64,000 nucleotides of DNA, taken from Pedosphaera sp. (GTDB lineage: Bacteria; Verrucomicrobiota; Verrucomicrobiia; Limisphaerales; DSYF01). The stretch is taken from positions 2,920-66,919 of the forward strand of contig JAFMIZ010000004.1 of assembly GCA_017853715.1 (NCBI GenBank), written 5' to 3'. Of this stretch, positions 18,654-27,101 are shown in pieces (positions within the stretch are counted from its first letter, which is position 1; every line of letters begins with the position of its first letter). The notes under the pieces are model-generated. The model worked only from the letters and a program-made list of their open reading frames with translations. It searched no databases and was not told where the DNA came from. The position numbers and the translations under genes are program-made.

Positions 18654-18677
18654 GAGCTTCCTCACGGCGGCTCTCAC
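18654..18677 (+). repeat. Dispersed 24-nt motif, intergenic copy (rhodanese/DMT divergent spacer)
   Basis: The sequence is GAGCTTCCTCACGGCGGCTCTCAC. Confidence 0.8.
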
Positions 18678-18730
18678 AGTGCTGATGAGATTCCCATTGC
18701 GCAGGTAGGTGCGTTGCCCTAACTGAGCGC

Positions 18731-19642
18731 GTGCTTTCGAAGCGTTCTAACCCGGCAGTCGCCGGTGCGCTGGTGTTCGCGGTGTTCCTTTGGGGCGCGA
18801 GCAATGCCGGTAGCAAGTTCCTGCTCGCGGGGCAGTCGCCGTGGCCGCCCGTGTGGACGGGGGCAACTCGCTTTCTTTCCGCGGGTCTGCTGCTGCTTGC
18901 GATTACGCGCTGGACGCGGTGGCTGGGGACGGCTCACGTCATGCCGCGTGAATTGAATTGGGCGATGTGGTTGCGGGGCGGGTTGAGTCTTGCGCTGTAT
19001 GTCCTGGCGTTCAACTGGGCGCTGAGGTTTACCTCGGTATCGCACGTGGCGTTGTATCTGGGGGCGTCACCGGTGTGGGCGGTGCTGTGGGAGGGGCGTC
19101 CGCCGAGTTGGCGTCAGGGGATTCAGCGCTACTCGGCTGCACTGCTGGCATTGAGTGGAGTTTTGGTGCTCTTCTGGCCAGCGCTGAAGGATTCGCAGTT
19201 CGATGTTGTGGGCGAATTGCTCGGGCTGAGTTGTGGTGTGCTCTGGACGAATTACGGGAGACAATGCCGTGCGTTGGGGCAAGGCTTATCCGGCGCGGAG
19301 ATCTCAGCGCAAACGATGTGGCGGGCTGGTGCGTTGTTGATTCCATTCGGCGTTTGGGAGCTGACGCGGCAGGGCTTTCACCCGACTGCTTGGCAAATCG
19401 GAGTGCAAAGCTACTGCATCGTCGCCGGCGGAGTGGCGGCGTTCGCGATCTGGGCGATGGCATTGCGCCGCTGGCCGATGAGCAAGGTGTATTTGTACAA
19501 CAACCTGATTCCGTTGAGCACGATGTTGTGGGCACACTTCACCTTGGGCGAAGCGGTCACGACGACGTTCTGGGTGGCAATGGCATTGATCGTTGCGGGA
19601 GTGCTTCTGGGACAGTGGAAGTGCTGGGCTAAGGACGGGTGA
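18731..19642 (+). CDS. DMT (EamA-like) family transporter
   Basis: About 10 hydrophobic helices in two EamA-like halves. GTG start. Confidence 0.7.
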   Translation: MLSKRSNPAVAGALVFAVFLWGASNAGSKFLLAGQSPWPPVWTGATRFLSAGLLLLAITRWTRWLGTAHVMPRELNWAMWLRGGLSLALYVLAFNWALRFTSVSHVALYLGASPVWAVLWEGRPPSWRQGIQRYSAALLALSGVLVLFWPALKDSQFDVVGELLGLSCGVLWTNYGRQCRALGQGLSGAEISAQTMWRAGALLIPFGVWELTRQGFHPTAWQIGVQSYCIVAGGVAAFAIWAMALRRWPMSKVYLYNNLIPLSTMLWAHFTLGEAVTTTFWVAMALIVAGVLLGQWKCWAKDG

Positions 19643-19718
19643 ACCGAGCGCGCGGGTGGGCATTCGGAAAAGGACGCGCGAGATTGAATGAGTGGAACTG
19701 CGCCGGCATCATTGGGGC

Positions 19719-20090
19719 ATGGATATCAATAATCTCGCGGAGGTTCCGGCCTTTATCACGAAGGACGGCTCAGAAATCCGGGAATTGCTTGCGCATCGTA
19801 ATTCCAGCATTCGTAATCAAAGCTTAGCGGAGGCGCGGTTGCTGGTGGGCTCCAGCACTCAGGAGCATTACCATCCCAAGGCGGAGGAGATTTACTACAT
19901 CACCCACGGTGTTGGGCGGATGCGAATTGAGGGGGAGGAATGCGCAGTGAAGGTCGGTGACGCGATTGCCATCCCGCCCGGCAGGCGGCACAAGTTGTGG
20001 AACACCGGCACGGAAGTCCTGCGGTTGCTGTGCTCCTGTGCACCGGCTTATGAGCATGACGATACGGTAATCACCGAGCAGCTTGATTGA
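19719..20090 (+). CDS. Cupin domain protein
   Basis: Cupin motifs (EHYHPKAEEIYYITHGVG ... GDAIAIPPGRRH). I chose the ATG at 19719. Confidence 0.7.
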   Translation: MDINNLAEVPAFITKDGSEIRELLAHRNSSIRNQSLAEARLLVGSSTQEHYHPKAEEIYYITHGVGRMRIEGEECAVKVGDAIAIPPGRRHKLWNTGTEVLRLLCSCAPAYEHDDTVITEQLD

Positions 20091-20228
20091 GCGGAACCAG
20101 CTTCGGACTGTCCAATTTCCCGGCAGGAATGTGCAAGGAATTGACGACCCAAGAGCTGCGATAGCAGCGGTGAAGCGGCATTTTTCTGCTCGTCATTGGC
20201 AGTCAACTTGCATACCCATGCGCTACCG

Positions 20229-20978
20229 ATGGACGCGATTCTCAGGATGGACAAGCTGCGGGTGGAATACCCGGTCAAGCAGCGTGGAGCGACCCCCAAG
20301 GTCGCTTTGCACGGGTTGGACTTGACGGTCAATGCCGGCGAGGTGTTTGGCTTCCTTGGGCCAAACGGCGCGGGCAAGACCACTACCATGAACGTGCTGC
20401 TCGGGTTCGTGCAACCGACGAGCGGTGCGGCGTATTTGTTTGGGGTGGACGTGCGCCAGCCGATTGCCCGTCAGCGCATCGGTTTTTTGCCGGAGCTGAC
20501 CTACTATTACAAGTTTCTGACCGCCGAGGAGATTTTACGATTCTACGCGAAGGTGTTCGGCATTCCCAGCGCGGAGGCTGATAAGCGGATTGATGATCTC
20601 ATCAAGCTCGTGGAACTCGAACACGCGCGGAAGCGTCCGCTGAAGTCGTATTCCAAGGGCATGCAGCAGCGCGTCGGGTTGGCGCAGGCACTCATAAACA
20701 ATCCCGACCTCCTGATCCTTGACGAGCCAACGAGCGGCTTGGATCCGTTGGGGCGCATGAAGGTGCGCGAAATCATCCAGCGTTTGAAGGACGAAGGCAA
20801 AACGGTGTTCTTCTCTTCACACGAACTGGGCGAGGTGGAGACGGTTTGTGATCGAGTAGCCATCGTGAATCAGGGTGAACTCAAGGAGCAGGGGCGTGTC
20901 AGTGATCTCATGAAGGAGCATCAGTGCGACCTCGAAAAAATCTTTCTTAAAATCGTCGGCTACCAAGGCCAACTGTGA
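20229..20978 (+). CDS. ABC transporter ATP-binding protein
   Basis: Walker A GPNGAGKTT, signature SKGMQQR, Walker B LLILDEPTSGLD, and the H-loop SSHEL. The start is uncertain (ATG at 20229 or 20247; the track gives TTG at 20196). Confidence 0.9.
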   Translation: MDAILRMDKLRVEYPVKQRGATPKVALHGLDLTVNAGEVFGFLGPNGAGKTTTMNVLLGFVQPTSGAAYLFGVDVRQPIARQRIGFLPELTYYYKFLTAEEILRFYAKVFGIPSAEADKRIDDLIKLVELEHARKRPLKSYSKGMQQRVGLAQALINNPDLLILDEPTSGLDPLGRMKVREIIQRLKDEGKTVFFSSHELGEVETVCDRVAIVNQGELKEQGRVSDLMKEHQCDLEKIFLKIVGYQGQL

Positions 20979-21766
20979 CCATGAATATCATCTTTGCATT
21001 GGCGGGAGTCGTGGTGAAGGAAATGTATCGCCGGAAGGACTTCTACGTCCTGTTCGTGATGACGGCGTTGCTGACGCTGCTCGCGGGTTCCGCGACATTT
21101 TTCAATGACCCCAAGATCACAGGGTATCTCAAGGAGATTTGCCTGCTGCTCATCTGGGTGGCGACGCTGGTCATCGCATTGACCTCGGCGGCGCGCCAGA
21201 TTCCAGCCGAACGTGAAAGCCGGACCATCTTTCCGCTGCTGGCGAAACCGGTGACCCGCTGGCATGTGATTGTGGGTAAATTCCTCGGGTGCTGGGTGGT
21301 GGCGGCGCTGGCGGTGGCGATGTTCTACGTTTTCTTCGGTGCAGTGGTGGCGGCGCGTGAGCACGCGCTGCCTGTTGCGCATTATTTGCAGGCGGCGATT
21401 CTGCACTGGATGGCGCTCGCTGTAGTCATAGCGCTGGCCATCCTCGGCTCCATTGTTTTCAGTGCACCTTCAGTGAACGTGACCATTTCCTTTATCGTGG
21501 TGGGCGGGGTGTTGACGTTGGGGGAGCACCTCAACAAACTGGCCAGCCGCATGGAGGGGCTCTCGCAGACGTTGACTTCGATCGTTTACTTTCTGTTGCC
21601 ACACATTGAGTGGGCGTTTGCGTATCGGGATCTGCTGTTGTTCAATCAGCCGTTGGCACCGTGGAGTGCCGTTTTGACCGCGGCGGTCTATTGGGCGGCT
21701 TACGCCGCGGCGTTGCTGATCGGCGCTTGGCTGGCGTTTCGTCGTAAAACTTTGACGCTCGGATGA
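20975..21766 (+). CDS. ABC-2 type permease
   Basis: Six predicted TM segments. A 4-nt ATGA overlap joins it to the upstream ATPase gene. Confidence 0.7.
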   Translation: MTMNIIFALAGVVVKEMYRRKDFYVLFVMTALLTLLAGSATFFNDPKITGYLKEICLLLIWVATLVIALTSAARQIPAERESRTIFPLLAKPVTRWHVIVGKFLGCWVVAALAVAMFYVFFGAVVAAREHALPVAHYLQAAILHWMALAVVIALAILGSIVFSAPSVNVTISFIVVGGVLTLGEHLNKLASRMEGLSQTLTSIVYFLLPHIEWAFAYRDLLLFNQPLAPWSAVLTAAVYWAAYAAALLIGAWLAFRRKTLTLG

Positions 21767-22782
21767 GGCGCGCCTGGCTCATTTTGATATTGCTGACCGT
21801 GCTGGCTTTCGGGCTCGCGGCGAAGGTTCAGACTGCGCTTGCGCGCGGTGATGAGTCTGGCAACGTGTTCGAAGTGTTCTTTGGCGAGGGTCGTCGCATG
21901 TTCGCCAATCATTTTGCCGTCAAGGCGGATGTTTACCTGCACAGCGGCATGTATCCGTCCATTTTTGACCAAGCTGCGCAGGCGGAAGAACGGGAGAAGA
22001 AAGAGGCGGCAGAACACGTTCACGGGCCAGACTGCGATCATGCACCCGCCCATGAGGTTGACACGTCCGATCATGGTGTCACGGATTCCAACCATGATGA
22101 GCACGCACATGAGGATGGCCATGTCCACGTGGATGAGCACGTGCATGGACCAGGTTGCAATCATGGTGAGGAAACAGGCTCGACCAGCGTTGGCGGCCAT
22201 GAGTGCGACACCGGTTTCATGGGCAAGCCGCGCGACTGGTTTGAAGCGATGGGGCGCAATTTCAAGGTGACTCAGCACACCCACCTTACGGCGGGCAAGG
22301 AACGCGAGATTTTGCCTTGGCTGGAAATGGCGGCGGACCTTGATCCCCAACGCGAGGAGACTTACACCGTTACGGCTTACTGGTTGTCCAGGGAGATGAA
22401 CAAGCCGAAGGAGGCGGAGCAGTTCCTCCGGCGTGGCCTCCGGGCAAACCCCAAGAGCTACGAGATACTTTTTGAACTGGGTCGTGTGTATCAGCACCAC
22501 CTCAGTGACCCCATCCGGGCGCGAAACGTCTGGCACGCGGCATTACGGCGCTGGGACGAGGCTGAGAAGGGCAAGGAGGAACCTGATCGGGTGGGGCGCA
22601 ATAAAATTCTTGGGCAACTGGCCCAGTCCTACGCTGATAGTGGGCTGTATGATGAAGCTGTCCGTTACTTTGAGGAGGCCAAACTCTATTCGCCTGCTCC
22701 GGATGCATTGGAGCTCAAGATTCAGGACCTCCGAACTAAAGCCTTGGGCACTGCTCCTGCCGCCGTTCCCGCCCAGCATTGA
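21763..22782 (+). CDS. Membrane-anchored His/Cys/Asp-rich TPR protein
   Basis: N-terminal TM anchor. A 64-aa tract with 14 His and 3 Cys includes the duplicated HVHGPxCxH. C-terminal TPR-like repeats. A 4-nt overlap joins it to the permease gene. Confidence 0.65.
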   Translation: MRRAWLILILLTVLAFGLAAKVQTALARGDESGNVFEVFFGEGRRMFANHFAVKADVYLHSGMYPSIFDQAAQAEEREKKEAAEHVHGPDCDHAPAHEVDTSDHGVTDSNHDEHAHEDGHVHVDEHVHGPGCNHGEETGSTSVGGHECDTGFMGKPRDWFEAMGRNFKVTQHTHLTAGKEREILPWLEMAADLDPQREETYTVTAYWLSREMNKPKEAEQFLRRGLRANPKSYEILFELGRVYQHHLSDPIRARNVWHAALRRWDEAEKGKEEPDRVGRNKILGQLAQSYADSGLYDEAVRYFEEAKLYSPAPDALELKIQDLRTKALGTAPAAVPAQH

Positions 22783-22823
22783 GCGTGGATTTTCCGGGGA
22801 AGCTTTGGTTTAATCCCCGCGCC

Positions 22824-23486
22824 ATGAAAGCCAGGCAGGCCAAAATCAAGCGCGTCACCGGCGAGACCGCCATCCAGATTCAATTGAATGTGGACGGTTC
22901 CGGCAAGTCGTCCATCCGCAGCGGCATCCCGTTCTTCGACCACATGCTGACGCTATTTGCCAAGCATGCCGTCGTAGACCTCAAGCTTGCCTGCAAGGGC
23001 GACCTGCAAGTAGACGCGCATCACACGGTGGAAGATTGCGGCATCGCTTTGGGACAGGCGTTCTTTCAGGCATTGGGTGATAAACGCGGCATCCGGCGCT
23101 ACGGAGCAGGCTTTGACCCGCGCAATCCCTTCACCGGCGAGGCGCACGTGCCCATGGACGAATGTCTGGCACGCTGCGTCATTGATTTCAGCGGTCGGCC
23201 CTATTTCGTCTGGCGCGGTCTGGACCATTACTCGCAACGGGCCATCACCCGGGCCGAGCGGCAACAGGACATGTCCAGCGCGTTCCGGTTTGGGCTGGCG
23301 CGGGAATTCTTTCAAGGCTTCACCAACGAGGCCCGTTGCAACTTGCACATCGAACTCCTCTACGGCGACGAGGCTCACCACATTTCCGAGGTGGTTTTCA
23401 AGGCTTTTGCCAAGGCGGTGGACTTTGCCTGCCAGCGGGATCCGCGCATTTCCGGGCAAATTCCCAGCACCAAAGGCCGGCTATAA
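22824..23486 (+). CDS. hisB: Imidazoleglycerol-phosphate dehydratase
   Basis: RVTGETAIQIQLNVDGSG, HHTVEDCGIALG and HHISEVVFKAFAKA motifs. I chose the ATG at 22824. Confidence 0.9.
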   Translation: MKARQAKIKRVTGETAIQIQLNVDGSGKSSIRSGIPFFDHMLTLFAKHAVVDLKLACKGDLQVDAHHTVEDCGIALGQAFFQALGDKRGIRRYGAGFDPRNPFTGEAHVPMDECLARCVIDFSGRPYFVWRGLDHYSQRAITRAERQQDMSSAFRFGLAREFFQGFTNEARCNLHIELLYGDEAHHISEVVFKAFAKAVDFACQRDPRISGQIPSTKGRL

Positions 23487-23522
23487 ACGCTGAATAAACG
23501 CCCTCCCCCCCACGTCAATTCC

Positions 23523-24125
23523 GTGTCGAGCAAAGTCCAATACTCCTCCGCCGAAGACCCGCAACTGGTGCGGCTCGCGCAGAAAGGCGATTCGGAAGCC
23601 TTCGAGGAATTGGTGGCACGGCATCGGGACAAGATTTACGCCCGGGCCTACACCATGATGCGGAACGAGGAGGAGGCGTTGGACCTGTCACAGGAAGCGT
23701 GGATCAAGGCCTGGCAACGGTTGGTGCAGTTTCAGGGTGACTCCAGCTTTGCCACGTGGATGACGCGGATCGTCATCAACCTGTGCCTCGACCAGTTGCG
23801 CCGCCAAAAGCGTATGCGGTCGGAGTCCGTTGATGAAATGAACGAGGAATCGGGTGGGGTGGAACGGCAGATGGAGCCGGTTATCATCAACCCGACCGAA
23901 CGGCTGGAGCGCGGGGAGTTGCGAAAGCGGATCGATGCCGCGCTGGAAAAGCTTTCGCACGAACATCGCACCGTGCTGGTGCTGCACGAATTTGAAGAGA
24001 TGGAATACAAAGAAATCGCCAGAACGATGGGATGCTCCATCGGCACCATCATGTCGCGCCTGTTTTATGCCCGGCGACGCATGGCCGGGCTGCTGGCAGA
24101 TTTGAATCGAAAGGAGGAGCTATGA
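23523..24125 (+). CDS. ECF-type RNA polymerase sigma factor
   Basis: Sigma-70 region 2 (FEELVARHRDKIYARAY...DLSQEAWIKAW) and region 4 (EHRTVLVLHEFEEMEYKEIARTMGCSIGTIMSRL). GTG start. Confidence 0.9.
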   Translation: MSSKVQYSSAEDPQLVRLAQKGDSEAFEELVARHRDKIYARAYTMMRNEEEALDLSQEAWIKAWQRLVQFQGDSSFATWMTRIVINLCLDQLRRQKRMRSESVDEMNEESGGVERQMEPVIINPTERLERGELRKRIDAALEKLSHEHRTVLVLHEFEEMEYKEIARTMGCSIGTIMSRLFYARRRMAGLLADLNRKEEL

Positions 24126-24622
24126 TTGAATTTGATCTTCAACTCAAAATCCAAGCCCTCCTCGACGGTGAATTGTCCGAGAGCGAAGCCCGCGAGGTGG
24201 CGGGATTGATCGCTGCAAATCCCGAGGCGGCGGCGCTGCATGCCGAGCTCAAGAATACCCGCCGTGCAATGGCGGGCTTCGAGGCCGGGATCAAAGTTCC
24301 CGAGGCGCGCGAGTTCTATTGGAGCCGCATCAGCCGGGAGATTTCCAGGGTGGAACAAACTAACTCGGCTAAAGCAACGCCTGCGCTCTGGCAGGTCTTG
24401 TCCGGCTGGCTCAAGCCCATCGGAGCCGTGGCGGCCGTGGCCCTCGTGGGAGTGCTTGCCTGGCATCAAGCCGCACAAACCAGCGACACACTGGTGACCG
24501 CCCAGATGGATGCTGATTCCATTACCTTCCAGAACGATGAGGACGGTGTGACTTTCGTGTGGTTTACCTACCCGGCGGAAAATCGCGTTGCCAATGAATC
24601 TGACCTCAATACGCTCAATTGA
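24122..24622 (+). CDS. Putative anti-sigma factor (single-pass membrane)
   Basis: ATGA overlap with the sigma gene. N-terminal anti-sigma-like helix (LLDGELSESEAREV), one TM, and a short C-terminal domain. Confidence 0.6.
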   Translation: MIEFDLQLKIQALLDGELSESEAREVAGLIAANPEAAALHAELKNTRRAMAGFEAGIKVPEAREFYWSRISREISRVEQTNSAKATPALWQVLSGWLKPIGAVAAVALVGVLAWHQAAQTSDTLVTAQMDADSITFQNDEDGVTFVWFTYPAENRVANESDLNTLN

Positions 24623-24623
24623 T

Positions 24624-25088
24624 ATGATCCAACACCACTTGTTCGCTCGTTACGGTCTTGGCCTGGCCATGTTGTTTGCCGTCGTATGCGGTGCGCCAGC
24701 GAGTGCGCTAGCTGGCGACCTGAAACTTGAAGCTGTGCTCGTTTGGGCGACCAACGACCCCAAGCCGGCAGACTCGAATCTTAAGCCAATCACCGCTGAC
24801 ATCGCGAGGAAGATGAATTGTATTCCCCTCAAATATACCAACTGCTTTGAGGTGAGTCGCAAGCAGTTGCAGCTCAAGCAAGGCGGAACTGAGAAAGCCC
24901 AGATGAGCAAAGACTGCAAAATCACCTTGAAAAGTCTCCCGGACGGCAAGGTCGAATTGACGTTGATCGGTCAGGGCCAGCCGGTCGGCAAAATCACGCA
25001 GGAAATCAAGAAGAGCAAATGCCTGGTGACCGGCGGCAACGCCGAAAATTCGACAGCTTGGTTCGTGGTCATCAAGCAGATTGAGTAA
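24624..25088 (+). CDS. Secreted hypothetical protein
   Basis: Signal peptide (LGLAMLFAVVCGAPASALAG). It starts 1 nt after the anti-sigma stop. No recognisable domain. Confidence 0.5.
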   Translation: MIQHHLFARYGLGLAMLFAVVCGAPASALAGDLKLEAVLVWATNDPKPADSNLKPITADIARKMNCIPLKYTNCFEVSRKQLQLKQGGTEKAQMSKDCKITLKSLPDGKVELTLIGQGQPVGKITQEIKKSKCLVTGGNAENSTAWFVVIKQIE

Positions 25089-25102
25089 CTACGTTTAAAT
25101 GT

Positions 25103-25142
25103 CAAAACGCCCGGCAACGTGAGTTGTCGGGCGTTTGTGTTT
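25103..25142. terminator. Bidirectional intrinsic terminator between the ECF operon and rng
   Basis: The stem CGCCCGGCAAC/GTTGTCGGGCG has a GTGA loop. TTTGTGTTT follows on the plus strand and TTTTGA on the minus strand. Confidence 0.75.
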
Positions 25143-25152
25143 CGAGGTGATC

Positions 25153-27099
25153 CTAAATGCCGACGCAGGCCAACTCCTCGTTGGTCGTCACGTTCACGAT
25201 CTTGAACTGTTCTGCGTGCAGCGTGGGTTCGGCGCGGAAGGACAGTTTGCCGAAATAACGTTTCTCCAGCTCGATGAGGTGCTTCTCGTCCTCTTTGCGC
25301 AGGCGTTCGAGCACGGTGGGGTTGACCACGATGCGCAACTGGAAGTCGCTTTCGTCGCGGCCGCGCTTCTTGAGGATTTCCACGAGCTTGCGCTGGATTT
25401 CAACGCTCATCGTTTCGGTGCTCTTCACCTTGCCACGACCCTTGCAATAGGGGCAGTCGTCGTAAACCGCCTGATGCACGCTTTCGCTGTGACGTTGGCG
25501 CGTCATTTCCATGAGGCCGAGTTGTGAGATGGGCAGGATGTGCGTTTTGGCCTTGTCCCGGCGTAGCTTGTCGCGGACGCGGTTGTAAACCAATTGCTGG
25601 TCCTTGCGCGATTTCATGTCGATGAAGTCGAGCACGATCAAGCCGCCCATGTTGCGTAAACGGAGCTGGCGGCAGATTTCCTCGGCCGCCTCAAGGTTCA
25701 CTTTCAGGATGGCCTGGTCCTGATCTTTGCTGCCTTTCGCGCGACCGGTGTTCACGTCAATGGCCACGAGCGCCTCAGTTTCGTCCACCACCAGATATGC
25801 GCCGCTCTTGAGGTGCACCGTGCGTGAGAAGGCATTCTCCAACTGCTTCGAGATGCCGAAGCGGTCGAAAATGGGCTGCGGTTCGTTGTAGAGCTTGATC
25901 TTGTCGGCGGAGCGTTTCGAGATCTTGGAGATCATCTCGCGCATCCGTTCGTAACCCTTGGGATGATCCACTACGATGCGCTCCACGTCCTCGGTGAGGA
26001 AGTCGCGCACGGTGCGTTCAATCAAGTCAGGCTCTTGGAACACGCAGGTTGCCATTGGTTGCGACTTGATGCGTTCTTGCACTCCATACCACTCTTCCAG
26101 TAACAGGGCGAGGTCGCGCACGAAGTAACGCTTCTGCTGGCCTTCGCCCACGGTGCGCATGATGACGCCCATGCCGTCGGGAATGTTGAGTTCGCGCAGA
26201 ATCTTCTTCAAGCGCTGGCGCTCTTGCGGATTCTCAATCTTCCGGGAGATACCGCTTTGATCAGAGTTCGGCAGCAACACCAGATAGCGACCGGGCAAAA
26301 CGACATTCGTCGTCACGCGTGGCCCCTTGGTGCCTATGGGGCCTTTGGTCACTTGCACGATGATGTCCTTGCCGGGTGGATACAGGCGCGGCACGTCCTT
26401 TTGCGTGATTTTCGGCTTGTCGCGCTTTTTGCCGGCGCGCTCGACGATTTCCACGCCGCTGTCGAACTGGTTGGGCACGATGTCCCAGTAATGCAGGAAG
26501 GCGTTCTTCTCGAAACCAATATCCACGAACATCGCCTTGAGGCCGTCCTCAAGATTGCGCACGCGCCCTTTGAAGATGCTGCCCACGAGGCGTTCCTCGG
26601 TGGTGCGCTCGATATTGAACTCCTCCATCTTGCCTTCTTCCAGAACGGCAACGCGTGTTTCCAGCACTTCGGCGTTGATGATGACCTCCTTGTGCGTGCG
26701 CTTCTCGGGCCGGATCAGGCACTTCACCTTCTTGACCAGATTGGTCACGCCGTCGGCGATGCGGTCCACCAAGGGCTTGGGCGGTTCCTGGATGGGCACG
26801 GGTTTGAACGGCGGCTCGGTCGCCACCGGCGCTGCTGTCGCGGCGACGGAGGGCGCTGTCAGCGTCTCCGGTTCGGGTGGCCCCCCCCCCGGCGGCAGAC
26901 CGGCGGCGATGTTCTCCGCGCGTTCGATTTCATGTTTGTGGCGCTGTTCAAACAGCTTTTCGGTGGATTGTTCGCCACCGACGACTTCCGCACGGGCCTG
27001 GCTGGCTTCTTTGACATCCTTCTTGGACACCTGGCCAATGCCGCCGGTGGGGCGGAAACGCATTCCGCCGCGCCGTCTTTTTCCGAATCGTTCACTCAT
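25153..27099 (-). CDS. rng: Rne/Rng family ribonuclease (RNase G-like) with an N-terminal Arg/Pro-rich extension
   Basis: S1 domain (GSIFKGRVRNLEDGLKAMFVDIG), catalytic core (VAIDVNTG, LGGLIVLDFIDM) and Zn-link (CPYCKGRG). It is the last gene of the mre cluster. The ATG at 27099 lies 2 nt after the rodA stop. The 778-aa track ORF overlaps rodA and was rejected. Confidence 0.85.
   Translation of the reverse strand: MSERFGKRRRGGMRFRPTGGIGQVSKKDVKEASQARAEVVGGEQSTEKLFEQRHKHEIERAENIAAGLPPGGGPPEPETLTAPSVAATAAPVATEPPFKPVPIQEPPKPLVDRIADGVTNLVKKVKCLIRPEKRTHKEVIINAEVLETRVAVLEEGKMEEFNIERTTEERLVGSIFKGRVRNLEDGLKAMFVDIGFEKNAFLHYWDIVPNQFDSGVEIVERAGKKRDKPKITQKDVPRLYPPGKDIIVQVTKGPIGTKGPRVTTNVVLPGRYLVLLPNSDQSGISRKIENPQERQRLKKILRELNIPDGMGVIMRTVGEGQQKRYFVRDLALLLEEWYGVQERIKSQPMATCVFQEPDLIERTVRDFLTEDVERIVVDHPKGYERMREMISKISKRSADKIKLYNEPQPIFDRFGISKQLENAFSRTVHLKSGAYLVVDETEALVAIDVNTGRAKGSKDQDQAILKVNLEAAEEICRQLRLRNMGGLIVLDFIDMKSRKDQQLVYNRVRDKLRRDKAKTHILPISQLGLMEMTRQRHSESVHQAVYDDCPYCKGRGKVKSTETMSVEIQRKLVEILKKRGRDESDFQLRIVVNPTVLERLRKEDEKHLIELEKRYFGKLSFRAEPTLHAEQFKIVNVTTNEELACVGI
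26881..26890. repeat. C10/G10 homopolymer inside the rng coding sequence
   Basis: Ten consecutive C on the plus strand. It encodes part of LPPGGGPPEP. Confidence 0.9.
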
Positions 27100-27101
27100 A
27101 A

